Shown: positions 12,901 through 27,500, counted from the first letter of the stretch. The stretch: DNA of 64,000 nt from Bugula neritina (GCA_964035545.1 OZ037767.1:29714628-29778627); one strand, 5' to 3'. Notes: generated by a model from the letters alone, not told the origin. Numbers and translations: made by a program.

Positions 12901-15900
12901 TGGTGTTTTTAGCCTGTGTACATGTCGTCTCGATCTGGTGTTGATATATTGAAGAGGAATTACGGCAAGCCGGTTGGTTTGAGCCTATCATTTGCTACAG
13001 ACGACTTCAGGCTATGCTTCCCTTCACTCTTCCAAAGACTACAGAGTCAGTTAAGAATCTGGTGTACAACAGTTAAACTCGTTACGAGTAATATTAATGC
13101 TTTCGTATCGCTGCCCCTATAACCCTATAAACAATATACTGTGGAATATAATATATATATTATATCATGTACAATATAGTGTATATATTATATATATAAT
13201 GCGTAGAACCATGGGGTAAAAAATAATGAGCAATACGAATGCAAGCGAATATTATATATAATATAGTATATTATAATATTTTGTATAATATGATATATAT
13301 ATTATATATACATCATATATAGGCCTAATGTAGTATATAATAACATAGTATATAATACTATCATGTATAATAATACAGTAGACTTACAATGTTGGTTTGC
13401 TTGCATATGTATTTCTCATTATTGTTTAGCCCATGGTTCTACGCTTAGAATATGATGTTATACTTTTACATTGTAATGTGTTCTTATTCACAGTTTGAGT
13501 TTCAAATAGATTTTTAATGTATAAAATCTGAATTAATTTTCTCAACGCTGCCAGCATGAGAGCACTGAAGAGGTCAGCACTGGTATGGTGTACAGCTTGC
13601 ATCTCTTTCTCATCGATACGTTGATACATATTCTGGTAACTTCACAGGGTGGCAAGTAGGCAGCGGGTTTGAGTTCAAAAAGTATGGTCTGAATTCACCG
13701 GTAACCAAGCCCGGTCGCAGCCCGTTTGCTATAAACGACGACATCTATGATTACCTCACGAAGGGAATGGTTAAAGCCGTGCCCGAAGTACTGGAGGTCT
13801 CTGAGAATAGTGTGACGTTAAGTGGGGGAGAGGAGCTGGAGGTAGACGGTCTTATCATGGCTACAGGGTAGTCCATCTTGTTCTGTCATTTTGAGAATAC
13901 AAAAATTTCCATTTTATTTAAAAACACTCGACTTGCCTTCATCTTCTGAAATCCGTATGCAGTGCTTAAGTGGCGTTGCTGTGTGATTGAGTTGATGTTT
14001 AAATTTTAGGACAATATATTTTTGCTTGCATATACACTGTATAGCAGGGTATTTTGCATATGACGTATAATGAAATGCAAATTCTTTATTTGATATGAAG
14101 TTTTTTTAAAAGTGTGATAAGGTAAGGGAGCTTATTTTACCATAAGTGCCATTACCTCCACCTTACTAGTGGTGACAGCATTCTGCTCAGTGACCAACTC
14201 ACCTTTCAGCTGACCTTTCAACTCACCTTTCAACTCCTTGGTTATTAGAATAATTTGTACTATTATGTTGTGTTGAGCTCCAGAAGCGAATCTTTTTCTA
14301 CGTTTCGTTACGTCTCAAGTAATAATTTCTCAAAACTCTGTACTTGCAGATACGACATATGCAATTCTTACTTGCAGATATGATATACACTTGCCGATGG
14401 TTCGTCCAGAAGTTATTAATGTTAATAATCTAAAACTGTACAAACACATCTGGCCCGTGAACTCTCAACGTGGTACGCTCGCTGTCATTGGACTGTTCAA
14501 AGTTGCGGGATCGGCACCCATGATTATGGAATTACAGGCTCGGTGTGCAGTTCAAGTATTCAAAGTGAGTCCCAGGTTTTCTTACTAAAAGTCTATGGAA
14601 ACATTTAGCTAATTACTAATTTATTGGAAAGCTGCTTAAAATTCTCATGTTGGTTAGCTAAGTTGATAGTTTGTATTGTAAACTCAGCAATATTCACTTT
14701 AATTATGGTTATTGATTGGTTTTGATGATGATTGTTACTAATAAAAGGTTTGCTTTTGTCTAAAATCACCATCTCTAAAGGTTTTTAAATGAAATATTAA
14801 ATTACATCAAGCTATGCCAACACTGTGAGAAACTCATGATGCCATAGCAACAGCTCTTACCAGATGCTCTTCCAACTAATGATGTCTATAGACTTTGGTC
14901 CACTAGCCCAGCACATCAGGTGTGGGCACCATGCCGACGCCCCTACACGCTAGGCCGTGACTATCTTCTATGTCTGCTACTGCTAACATCTAGTCTACAG
15001 CTCTTTCTATAATAGAGTTTCCTGTTTGAAGGGCGGCTTCAAGCTTCCGAGTTGTGATGTCATGGAGTCGACTACCAAGGCGTACAGACCTAATGCGGGA
15101 GATCATGTGATCGTGCAGTTTATTTCGTACACCAGGGATTTGGCCAAGTGTATTGGCTGTTTGCCAACATTTGGTAAGACATTCTAGCCACATCACATTA
15201 CTAAAACACACTAACAGTTTAATCTTGCAAATTGCAGTTTATCTTAAATTTTGAAAATATTTTATTTTAAAGTTTTCAGCGCTTCAAACACAGTTTTAGG
15301 GATGTTGTAGCTGTTACCCAGTCAAGCTATCAGAGAGCCTTGTTTACCATAAATATAGCATGTGGAAGAGTTGAACTATCCTAGTAATATGAAAATTACA
15401 TTGTAATGTCAACCTTTTAGAGCTGAGTAGTTTTTGTCATAGTCCTATTTTTATATATTATAAATAGTTTTGTATCTGCAATAGTGTTTATCTAACCTTA
15501 TGAGTTGTTGGAATTGAATTGTTTTTGAAATTTTTATAGTGATCAAATTATAGATTGTGCCTTGGTAGTGCCGGTTTTACTCATAGTATTGGCTTACCAG
15601 TTATTGCTGACGTTATTGCATTGTATATGTACAATATTTGTTTATTTGATAAAAATACCGTTGCAAAATTATAAATTTGTTTATTTGCATGAATAACCTT
15701 TTAGGAACATATTGGACACAACCTTTGAAATGGTTTAGAATATATTTTGGCTCGACTTTTCCCTACATATTCAGACTAGTAGGACCAGGATGTTGTCAAG
15801 AATCATGGGATAGACTCGTAACTGCTCGTTCCAGAATTCACGCGTCACCCGAGGAAATTCGAATTGCGGAGGCTCGGCGAAAGAAGCGTAATGATAACAT

Positions 15901-16057
15901 ATTTGTGGGGTTAATACTGACTGCTACAGCAGCCTTATATATAACACTCTGGGGGTTTGGCTTATACTTCGCCTGGAAATCACTCAAATTTGGTTGGAGT
16001 TGTCTTCACTCATTGCTCGACAGTTTAAAGACACTGTATGCAAGTTTTAGCAAGTAG
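9998..16057 (+). CDS. Flavin-containing monooxygenase (FMO family) with C-terminal membrane anchor, 9 coding exons
   Basis: Exons 9998-10103, 10544-10686, 11167-11292, 11594-11851, 12913-12972, 13596-13867, 14378-14564, 15032-15173, 15705-16057. Motifs: FAD-binding [32 protein letters not shown] fingerprint [16 protein letters not shown]-binding [29 protein letters not shown], and a hydrophobic C-terminal helix. Confidence 0.93.
12080..12340. repeat. Intronic minisatellite (CAGTAACAGTGATAGTAGC-type units)
   Basis: Read directly in FMO intron 4. Confidence 0.9.
12512..12730. repeat. 40-bp tandem repeat x~5
   Basis: Unit GATTTGTTGATATATTATAATATACACATATATAGTATAC. Confidence 0.92.
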
Positions 16058-17180
16058 TGACGTAATCATGTGTCTTGTACATTCTATAATGGTTGCACTT
16101 TTATAATCATCGCACTTTTTACAATTTGTTTATACGGTTTTGTACTTTATGTATCTATTTTTTTATATTTCAACTTTACGAGTCGCAACTGTTCATTATA
16201 TTTAAATACCCAGTTTATGTATCCAGTTTACATTAAAAATTTCAAGACATATTTTTAGAAATAATTTGAGCTCCATGTTTATTGTATTTTCTAAGCTTAT
16301 TTTTATAAGATTTGCTCATGAATAAAATGTGCTCTAATATATATCAGATGCAAGGTGCAGGGGTAAATGTTTATAGAAGTTTTTATTTGATAATTGTGTT
16401 TATACTATTATAAACAGAAATATTGGTGATTACATAATTTAACTGTTTTAGTTATTTTCAGTCTCAGGTTCATATTTAATTTAAATATGGTACTTAAGTT
16501 TTGCTTTTATACCTGATCTATTTAGAGGTAGAGATTTTTGTATATAATAAAGTAAGGGAAAATGTGGGCCATGGTACCATTACAAAGGCACATAGTTGCC
16601 AAAAAACACTCTACAATCTACTATGTCAAATTTCCAGTAAGAAATGAATGTAATTTCTGTTGTTTGCAATTTCATTTATTTTTATAATTTATCCTCTGAT
16701 GAAAAATCAGTATAATTAGACACCTAAGGTGAGCACATGTATATATACTATCTTGGTACCAAGTGAAAGGATCAGAATGAGTGTACTCCAAATAAATTAT
16801 ATAAATAATCTTACAAAACTTATGTACAGCAAATATTATCTACTGATTAAACCTGTTGAATTTTTTGTGGTTATTTTTCAAACTATTGTGTATATACACA
16901 AGAAATGCTAGCATCAGAGCTAGTAACGAACTTTGTCATTCAAATATTGTGGCTGGGTGCAGGGCTGCTAGGCAGACACTCAAATAAAGTCCACACGTTG
17001 GATTACCATAAATATGCATGTATATAATATATTACAAATAATTTAACACAACAGAATATATTTATAGCTATACCTAACATCTACATGTAATACAAAGAAG
17101 AAATAAATTAGTAACCTGTACAGCTATTATAGATTCTATATATTACAAGGTACACTTAAGTACAGGCATGGGAGAAGTAA

Positions 17181-20100
17181 TTATTCACATTTATTTGCCT
17201 TTGGGTCTTGGTTTTTGTGATTGTTGTTGTATTGTAAGACCTCTGCAGTTATTTTGTTAGGATCCAGCTCCGTGGGGTTTCTGTTCATCACCCTTCGAAC
17301 AATAGGCTCGGGAAACAGGTTCTTTAAATGGTAATAAATTCTATACCTGGGATCAGTCTCCAAGATCTCTCTGTCGTAGGATTTCTTCGGATGTTGCAGG
17401 GCCTGCTGTACCCTCCCTTCGACTACCAGCGTGGATTGCTGGCTAACGGTACCATTAACAGTCTCATCCAACGGCAACGGAGCTGCAGTCTGCGAATCGG
17501 ATGACAAAGTCACGTGTGTTGATAAATCTGACGCCAGCGACGTTACGTCATGACGCAACGGCGAGGCAAGGTGTGATGACACTGCCGATGATGACATAGA
17601 CTGTGAGTTGAAGATTGGCTGACGGCTGTAGTATTGCGGGTCGTCCAGTGGAACGCTCCGATAAGACTTGTCTCTGATTACGTGCTGACACGCTCTGGAA
17701 GCCAGTGGTGGATGAGAGATCCTGACAGGGGGGTGGTCGACAGCGAAGCTGGGAACAGCTCCGTTGTAGGCGGATATGTAGTAGTTGGTGGGTACAGGAG
17801 AGGGGGACGAATGGGAAGTGGCATGACTATTCATCAGATAAGGGAAAGTATTGGGAGAATGGTATTGGCTAACGGATTGGTTAACCATTGCAGTGGCTCT
17901 GAAATCATACAAATCCCTTATCAACTACTAATATAAACATTAAAGGAAAAGCAATAAAGAAATTGCAAAAATAAAATATCAAAGCCTTTGGAGAATTCCG
18001 ATTGTGGAGTAACGCGTTAAAAACAAGGATGAGGCAAGCTGCCAAAATATACAAGGCTAGTGGTAAAGCAATATTATGATTCTATGATGGCAGCTGACAA
18101 GCTATTCCAATATTTGTAGAAATGACCTACTTCCTGATGAACTAGTCAACTCAACACACAAAATTATTTAAAAATAGTTTTGTAGATCACGATCATTGTT
18201 AGATACCAACTGTTTAGCTGAAAGTGATCAAATGGACACAGCTTTAGCCAACTGTGACAGAGAGAAACTACAGGTAGAGCGGGGCTTACCTGTTACTCCA
18301 GATGTCCTGCCTGTGCCCAGCAGAAGTGCTGGCAGCGGAGGATGGTAAATTATCTGTAAAGCCGCTGTCGGCAAGCATAGCAGCAGATGAGGGGGATTGG
18401 GGGACTGTGTTACAGTCACCTGAAACAAAGTAACCCACAGTGAAGAGTTGATAGAACTAAGGCTATCTGGTCAGAAACACAGCTAAACATTGCACAGTAA
18501 AATACATTTTGGGAATTCATTAGAGTACAACATTCAGCGTTTTTCACAGTCTCAAAGTTTGTCAGTGTCGATTCTTAATTGAAACGAAACTGGGTTTAAA
18601 CACTCCAGGAAGAGAAAGAGTGGAGTGAATGGAAAGAGATGTAACATTGTTTGTCAAAGGTTTTCCGTGGAAGGAACACGTGCTAAAATGGCTTATTTCT
18701 TGATATTTAAGAATCAGCTTATTTGTGGCTCACTCAACCAACAAGTTGATATTCGACTATTAAACACTCAGCCATCTTAAACTGACATACAAGGAAATAA
18801 AAGCAGGGGTTTAGATCTAGGAGATATGTTGCATGTGTGAAGGTGATAAGGACCCTGGACAAGATACTTAATAATGTGAGGTAGAGGTATAAGCAGCCAT
18901 GCCAATAATAAATCTGTTTTTACTTTACTCATCAGTCCCTCATTGCCTCTGCACAAAACCTTTGCAATAAAGAATGAGGAAATTGGCAAGACTTTAGCGC
19001 CATCTGCCAGCTTGTAGAGATTAATTACAACTACCTCTGCAGAAAGTTTAACCCAAGATTTTAGACATAAAATCATCGAAACTATGAAAAGAGGATGAGG
19101 AATAAATTTATGTAAGCCTGGTTTTTTGCCCAAGAAATTTTTAGCAGGTAGAAATGTGATAGGAGGACACACTAGTTAGGTCGACTGTTGTACTGGGCCA
19201 CACTCTGCGTGCTGTTGAATTAGACTTAAGGAAGCACGGTGTTACAGTTGTACATGCTGTGAGATAACTATCAGATGATACGACATCCTGAAACTTGATG
19301 GGTGTTATCTGCTTGACTAAGAATTGTAGGAAAAAGCAACAGCCCTGGTGATGTATTGCATTCTAGTAGATACATACTAGTTTCCTAAGCTACACAACAA
19401 TCTAAATTGAATCTGGGTAGTGTAGAAAGTATTTAGAACATGGAAAGTTAAAGTAATGTAAAGAGTATAGAGCAGAGTATAGAATGTGTATAACATAGAG
19501 TGAGTGAGGAGGACGTACCAATAGCTGAGTCAAAGGTATCGGATCTCTCGGGATGCTCGTAGCGGCACTTGGTGCCGTACGTGCACTTCCTGCCGTACGG
19601 ACACATACCGGAGCTGACAACGTGGGGAGAGACTCGCAGAAACTGTTCCAAGGTCGGTCCTCTGCGACCAAGAGGATCCTCTGCAGGTATAAACCTACAA
19701 GAAGTAAATTTACATGTACAAAATATCGGTTGAAAAAGCAGCTACAATTCAGAAGAACTTTTGGTAAGAACTTGAGTTAAATCTACAAAAAATAAACTCA
19801 AGTAAAAACATAGATGAACAAAACACACGTGTAGATAAAACAACAGGCTACAACGCTTTTTCTTACGCCAGTATAATAAAGGCGATAGATGAAACAATGT
19901 GGTGACATAATATTTGCTATGAAGGTGTGGTGCTGGGTTAGTAACACCATTACATCATCAAGCACCGTGATAGTCATCTTGCACAGCCAGTAGAATGTTG
20001 GACAGCCAGTAGAATGTTGGACATAATCAGCCCACACAAAAAGATGACATCACCAGATTCCGTAACTCAACACCCAAAACATTGAGTTCTGAGCTCAGAA

Positions 20101-23100
20101 GGAGGGTGGGTGTATCGGGAAGAAGGAGGGGGTGTAACAGAATAGTGCATACTGGCCGTAAGCTATAGGTAAAGGTAAAGTTCCTTACTGATCGCCAGCA
20201 AACACGAAGGGTAGAATTCGCTTCTCTATGGTTTCCCTGAATGCAGAACTTTCATTTTTAAGGTCTCGGAAATGATCGTTTGAGACGACGATGGCTTCTC
20301 CCACAGACGCCAGCTTCAAGACAAATCGATCTTCGTAGCTCGCTATATTTCCTTTATTGCTCTTCCTACTGGGGGTTTTCACCAGTACCCCCCTCCTTGA
20401 CAGATCTCGCAGTATTTGCTGATCTAATATATAATGCAAAAACAATTATAACAAAACTCTTTTTAGGGAAATACTTTTACACCCCACGGAACTAATTGCT
20501 TAGCAACTAGAGGAAAAGTTACTCTATAGATTAGATAACTAATGCATTCAATATTACAAAAATGTTGTAAAATTATCATAAAATACCTTTCGTTTGATAT
20601 TTTTCATTCGTTAATTTATGAGCTGGAACAAACACAGTTATATGCTCATGCCCACGGTTTTGGAAGTATTTCACAGCAAGTTCGATTCCCCTGTACGAGT
20701 ATACCTGATGGAGCCCGTGCCTACAAGATAATAAGTAGCAGTGTGTAACCCAGTGTCTACCAAGTAACTGAGGTATTTCATGAAATGCTAACAATAATAA
20801 CTGACTATATAAGATTACACACTGAATCAGCCACATGACCATAACAAGGAAAAAGAAGTTAGTGCTGAAACACTTAAAACAATAATTACAAGATACTGGG
20901 AGGAAATAGGAGTGAATCATTAGAAATACAAAAAATGTGGCTTGATAAATGGTATAAAACGACACAAGATTAGAATCATTTCACTGAGCACACACTATTA
21001 TTCACAGTTTTACTAATATATTGAGGAAAAAAGGATGTTAGACTGGAATTTTTCCTGGAGATGGAAAATAAAAAAGCAACACATTTCATTGGTTCTTGTG
21101 TTCAAACATGCAAGCCATTAGAGCGTAAAAAGGGTAATAAATAAAATAACAATCCTATTCACTCACTCACTCACTCACTCACTCACTCACTCACTCACTC
21201 ACTCACTCACTCACTCACTCACTCACTCACTCACTCACTCACTCACTCACTCACTCACTCACTCACTCACTCACTCACTCACTCACTCACTCACTCACTC
21301 ACTCACTCACTCACTCACTCACTCACTCACTCACTCACTCACTCACTCACTCACTCACTCACTCACTCACTCACTCACTCACTCACTCACTCACTCACTC
21401 ACTCACTCACTCACTCACTCACTCACTCACTCACTCACTGCGAGGGTGTATGAAGATATGCACTTACTCCATGGCCACGTTACTGCCATCTATTACCATC
21501 CTGCGCAGACCTTTGGAATCTCCTATGCATTGACTTTTCTTAGAGCTGGAGTTTGGACCACTTTTTGATCTGACATTGGGTGATTTCTTGTCTGCAGCGC
21601 CCTTCGCAGAGTCTCTAAGTTTGACTAAATGACGCAGCAGTTTGTCCTTATCCACGCCAGCCTCCCCCAAATCAGCGTAGCATTGTTCAAACTCGGCATC
21701 CGTGTAGTCCATTTTCTGAGCAAAGTCTCGCAGCATTTCTCGGGACAAGCTTTGATTTGATGAGGTAGTAGTTGTGTGGGAGGCATTTGATGCAGACAGG
21801 TTGTCATTCACAAAACCACTGTCTCCACTAAACGATGAGCCTATGGATGAAAAGTCGGCAGATTGTAGGCTGGAGTAGCCGGGATCTTTAGCTATAAGAT
21901 GTGAGAGGAGAGGTTTGGGTGGGATAGAGTATGGTGGGCATGGTTCAGCGTCTGGTACAGAGTCTAGCATGTGGTCTGTCATAGGAATGGTGTCTACGTC
22001 CTTTCTACCCCCTAGTAGACTTACATATCCCGAGTCCAGAGATCTGACGTCTGACTTGCTCTTCTCAACATCTCCCGTCCTACGAATAAAAGCAAACATG
22101 ACTCGCTACAAACATCCACGGCTGAAGCTAGAGCTAGCTAGCATATAAGAGTACTACAGTACCTCTAGATTGCAAGCAAGCAGCATATTTTGACATCGAT
22201 GAAGAATTGCAGAATGACAAGCTATGGCCAACCATCACTCAGTATGACATGTTAGGAAAACTCTATCCATCAACTGATAGATATGCTATTGCCTAGGTCC
22301 ATGTTGACCTAGAGTCATTGAGAAACTACGACGCATACCCTTGGGGCTATAATTTCAGGTCTCGGCTTGTCCCAAAAGCTAAAGAGCCAAAGCTATATGC
22401 TAAACTTAAAAAACTATACTCAATTTTATTACTTCAGAAAAACAGACTTGTAACCAACAAACTTGGAACTTGATTTATGAGCTCAACTTGAGACCAACTT
22501 AAGACGGTGGGGACTTGAAAAGAAATGGGACATGGAACGCTATAGCTTGTTTACAATAACAGTGGCACATATCGCCTGCAGCTGTTGTCAGCTGTTCACT
22601 CAGCCAGGCCTTCTATGGTGCTATGCATAGATTTTCTTACAGTTATGAGGAAGTTTTGCACAATGGAGACTTGCTGTAATGTAGCAGTTGATTCTGTTTA
22701 GTAAATGCAGCGCAAAAGGCTTTCAATGGTACTAGCAACTACGGCATAATTATAATATAGCATTGTACTGGAGTGTATTAGTTGGTATTATAGTATTATA
22801 TATATTAGTAATATGGCATTATGTATATTAGTATTATAGTATTATGTATATTAGTAATATGGCATTATGTATATTAGTATTATAGTATTATGTATATTAG
22901 TAATATGGCATTATGTATATTAGTATTATGGTATCATGTATATTAGTATTATGGTATTATCTATAGTAGTATTATGTATATTGGTATTATGGTATTATGT
23001 ATATTAGTATTATGGCATCATGTATATTAGTAATATGGTATCATGTATATTATAATTTTAGTAATATGTATATTATAATTTTAGTATTATGGTATTATGG

Positions 23101-24538
23101 TATTATGGTATTATGGTATTATGTATAGTGGTATTATGGTATAGGCGCAGGTTGCCGTGACTGATAGATGTTTACCTACAGCACTTGATAACAAGATGCT
23201 CTCAACAAAACACCACAGATAAGGCGATGAGCAGGAAAAATTTACTTGATTGGCTTTACTATTGTCCAATCATGAAAATTAACTAAAACTGTAGGTAAAT
23301 GAGCTGGAAAATTGCCAAGATTTCTCCAATGTATACAGCTACACCATTGGTTTTCTTTCTTAAGACAATTTTACTTGCAACTACAAGCACAAAATGCTAT
23401 CATGGCGAGAAAGTTTGACTACCATTCAGCTAGTCATAGCCAGCCTAGCTGGGAGTTGATATAATTTCACAAGGTTTAGAAGGAATTAGACAGAAAAACA
23501 GGTTTTTAAGTGCATTCTCTGAATAATGTGCACTTTTTACAATCTGCTGATGTTGACCGCGCTGTCGTGATGACTCATCCTAATTCTTTAGAAAGTCTAT
23601 TCAATAGAGAAAGAAACCTTATTGTTTATTCAAATCTACTTCTTTTGTTGTAATCTACTACAAGAACCTTCATAATATACCTTGTCAACAACATTAGTTC
23701 TAAATATAGCTTCGTATCTATTAATAGAAGTTGTTTACTTTGACAAAAACAAGCATTTCATTCATCACCTGACCAAATTCAAAAGAACCATATTAAACCT
23801 CTTGCAACCGAAATTAATTCACCACCACTATTTGAATTCAACCCATGATGTTTGAATACTGCCAATTAAACAATACAGTCAAACATTTTTCAACAATAAT
23901 ATGAATTCCTATACACACATATTCAAAATTAAAATATCTACGTAAGTTAGGACAAGAGCTTTAGGTAAAAGAGAAGTAAGTGTTAAACTACAAGCCCTAC
24001 AAAACAAGGTAGATCTCCTGCTAGATCAAGTATGCAGAGGAAACCACAATACAATGCAATTTCCTTCAAGCTGGAAATAAGCTGGTCAAGTGTATTGTTT
24101 GTAGATAATAGCCAATTCAATATTGTTTGTCCAGTAGGTAGGCAAATACACCCCTATAGCACTGATACTACGCTATTCAAACCCTACTGTTGGTTGCCAA
24201 CAGCCCATTGTGACTAGTAAACCCTTACTAAAAGTAAAAACATTAAAGAGAAATATTTTCCAATCTTATCAATATAATTGTAAGAATATTTGACAATCTT
24301 GTAGTCAATAAGCATTGCTTTGATCAAAAAATCTTATTCAAAACAGTAAAACTCACTGTGAATCGTTGCCTGGTTGTTTATAATCATAATATCCGGTGAT
24401 GCTGCCGTTGTTGATGTCATCGTAGGCAGCCAGCTGACTCATGTGAAGGTGGTTAGCCTGCTCTAACCTGTCTGGATCAGGTTCTATTACATAGAGTGAA
24501 TCGTAGTTACCATGGTCATCCCGTCTTTGCTGAGACAT
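17181..24538 (-). CDS. ZC3H12: Regnase/MCPIP-family endoribonuclease (ZC3H12-like), 7 coding exons
   Basis: Exons 24538-24357, 22079-21468, 20720-20587, 20423-20189, 19694-19519, 18419-18290, 17916-17181. N-terminal UBA-like domain (LRDFAQKMDYT..LLRHLVKL), PIN/NYN domain (VIDGSNVAM-HG, ITVFVP, KTPSR, SYEDRF, IVVSNDHFRDL, EDPLGRRGPTLEQFL), CCCH finger CPYGRKCTYGTKCRYEH, C-terminal domain (HLKNLFPEPIVRRVM..P..LDP). The start codon of the first exon is less certain. Confidence 0.93.
21161..21438. repeat. (ACTC)n microsatellite
   Basis: Perfect tetranucleotide run of ~280 bp in a ZC3H12 intron. Confidence 0.98.
22785..23142. repeat. Degenerate 8/25-bp tandem (TATTATGG / TATTATGTATATTAG)
   Basis: Read directly; intronic. 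Confidence 0.88.
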
Positions 24539-27500
24539 CTGGCAATATTGGCAAAGTATCAACTAAGGTTGAGTCATGGCTGAGTTACATTCACTCAATA
24601 TGAGAACATCACAGCTCACAGTCAGTTCAGTGAATGTGAGCTCATTATACAGCTTTACAGTAAACTTAGTTTGAGAAATCAAATTAACATACTGACCACT
24701 TCACACTTGTGAAATAATCAGCCTGTGAAATATTGAAAGAGCTTACCTCACTAAAGAAACAGATGTTTTAGTCAACATTTAGCTGCTCTGGAGTGATACA
24801 GCTTCTTTGTAAACTGGGTATGAGGTGCTAAGCTAGTAAGGTGCCGTCTGCTTCATAACTCACAGCACGTCTAAATGAAACTGCAATACATAATGAGCTA
24901 GTCAACAAGGAAATTCAGGTTTGTACAGCTGTGATTCACTAGGAATGTACAAGGAAACTATTTCATGTTCTAAATTAAAGGATATTTAGCTGAGTGAATG
25001 GAAGCATAATGTTTTAGCTGCAAACTAGTATGCTAGATCCTGATCCAGACCAATAAATCACAGATGGTACGACTCATCAACCTATTTCAGTTTTTAAAAC
25101 ACAGATAACTCTCAAAAGGTAAAAAATGGATAAAAAACTGAACCAAAACAGAGAAATTCAAGCAGGCATACAAGAGTATGTGATAAAGTTGATAGAAACC
25201 CTCAAATTTCCAAAAAGAGGTTTAGCAAGCTCAACCAACAAATGGTCTGCTCCAGGAATTGAAATGCTGTTGGACAGTTATTTGGCTGCATACACTACTG
25301 TATAACCAGGCACAACCACCAGGCGTGCAGTCGCAAGCTGGAAGATGTTCAAGAGTTCTCCACTTCGAGTGGAAAACTAATTAATGAACCAGTCTTTCTT
25401 AAAACTTGGCAGCTTTAGCTAGCTTTTCTGATATCCACATGTGTATAAAGGTATACACAGTTAGACCATACAACTTTTAATTTAAAAAATACAAGAGATA
25501 TTATGAATATTAAAAATAACTGATGACCTATAAGATCAGCTAAATTCTGCTGCAGGAAAAAAGTGAAAAAAGCACGACTTGTTCAGAACACAATAAACCT
25601 TTCGACTAGAGTCCAGATTTTTGCATTTACCAGCTTCTTTATTAGCCGAAAGCAGTTCAGCATGTTTTAGCTCTTATATTTCAACTCTCAAGCCAATCTT
25701 GCAGAAACTAGAATAAGTGTGTAGCACTAACCTTTCTGGAAATATCTAGCAGCAACTCAAGTTTTCTCACAAGGAGCAACTTGTCAATTTGCATGCCGAA
25801 TAATAGTTGCAGCGTAGTGCACAGAGTATAAATAAGCTCAGTTAAGGAAGTAGTGTTATTTATTGCCTTATATGAAGATCGGCTGCTGATAAACAGCTTT
25901 CAATTGAAAAGCAAAAGGGTTGTGTTTTGAAAACAAAGGTGCCTTAACGTGCATCCAAGCCTCAAAATATCAGGATCAACATAAGGCAAAGTGTTCCATA
26001 AAGTGCTAGTGGAAGCTACCAAGGTATTCCTATTCTATTCTTCGTGGAACCTACTGCTAAGCTCTTTTCTGCCTGATGTATTCATTAGAGACTGCATCAA
26101 CCATTGGAAAGAAAAATTTCCAACTCTCAGAAAATGTAGGGTAGGCTTTATAATTTTACCATTCAACTGCTAGGTTAATTAGACTCACGGGTACTTCCAG
26201 TTTTAGTCAGGACTGAGATAACGTTAGACGGAAGTCAAGTTGTGATCATAATGAACCGAGACTTAATTTCAACCAACTTACTTCAATTTTATGCAATTCC
26301 AGCATGCAAAATGACACTTGGATAACACTGGTGACTAGAACATTCACTCAGCACTAGAGATACTGCAATATTTTTTTCTAACAAAGTAAAATTAATTAAA
26401 ACAGTTCAAGATTAGATTTTGAAGTATCTATAGATATTTAAAATCTTGTAACTAAAAAACTGATTAGTTCTCTCAACCAAAGCCAATTTATACAAGAAGT
26501 GAAATAGACAAAATCTACATAGATATATTATGCTAGCATAAATAAATATAAAAGTCATATTCTAATATTGAATTTAAACCCAATGTTACTTCCTTTGTAG
26601 AAGTTCCTCTTCAACTGTTCACAGTGTCAACGTTTCAGTTGACAAAGTGGCTTATTTCTGTTGCCATGAGAATAGCAGAAAAAATAGTTCTATTTACTAC
26701 AGTAAAGGCTGAACCTGATGTATTACCTAATTATTTTAATCGACCTAATCATCATGTTTAAATTCTTTATAATCACAGATAGACAAAAATTCGTGCAAGT
26801 AAAAAGTAAACTGTTTTTAATTACCGGTTGATGACTATTGAAAACTTTAAAGTCTCAATAAAACGTATATAGTAGAATTAAATCAAATCAAGCACAATTA
26901 TTCACAATCTTTGATTATTATTATTAATCTGTTTAAGGAAATGCAAGGAGGAAGAATGAATGTTTTTATGGGCCTAATATCGCATCTACTGAAATCAAAT
27001 TTCAAAAATTTATAAAAGCTCAACTGTTGATCTCCTGTCTGTGTGTTCAGCTTTTGTCAAAAACATTAACTTGAGCCCTTGAGTAAATAAGATCATGGCA
27101 GGCAAAAAATCTTTGAAATATCTTTGCTATATGAACTGGTAGCAATTAATATGTCTTTTATATAGTTGTACTAGAGAAGTAACTTGAATTATTCTGACAA
27201 TTATATTTGTCTGCTTAGACATACAAAAGAAAACATGTTTTGCAGAAGTGACTCATGTAAACAGCGGCATTAAGTGCTAGAGCAAGAATAACAGCTTATT
27301 ATTCGATCAAGTCAAGTGAATAGGTACTGTGTAAATATTGTATTAGGGCCATGGTTAAATTGCAAAGCATAATATCTGTTAAACAACTTTTCAATAATAT
27401 TGACATTGAAACTGCCATAAATGGATAAAAATGTAAGAAAAAACCCTATTTGAAAATAAGGTGATCATGTTGATTTGCATCTGGCCTCCTATCAAAAAAG

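Noticed and set aside
18777-19172. 131-aa ORF within ZC3H12
   Set aside because: Intronic, no motif, and not needed for the in-frame splice path.
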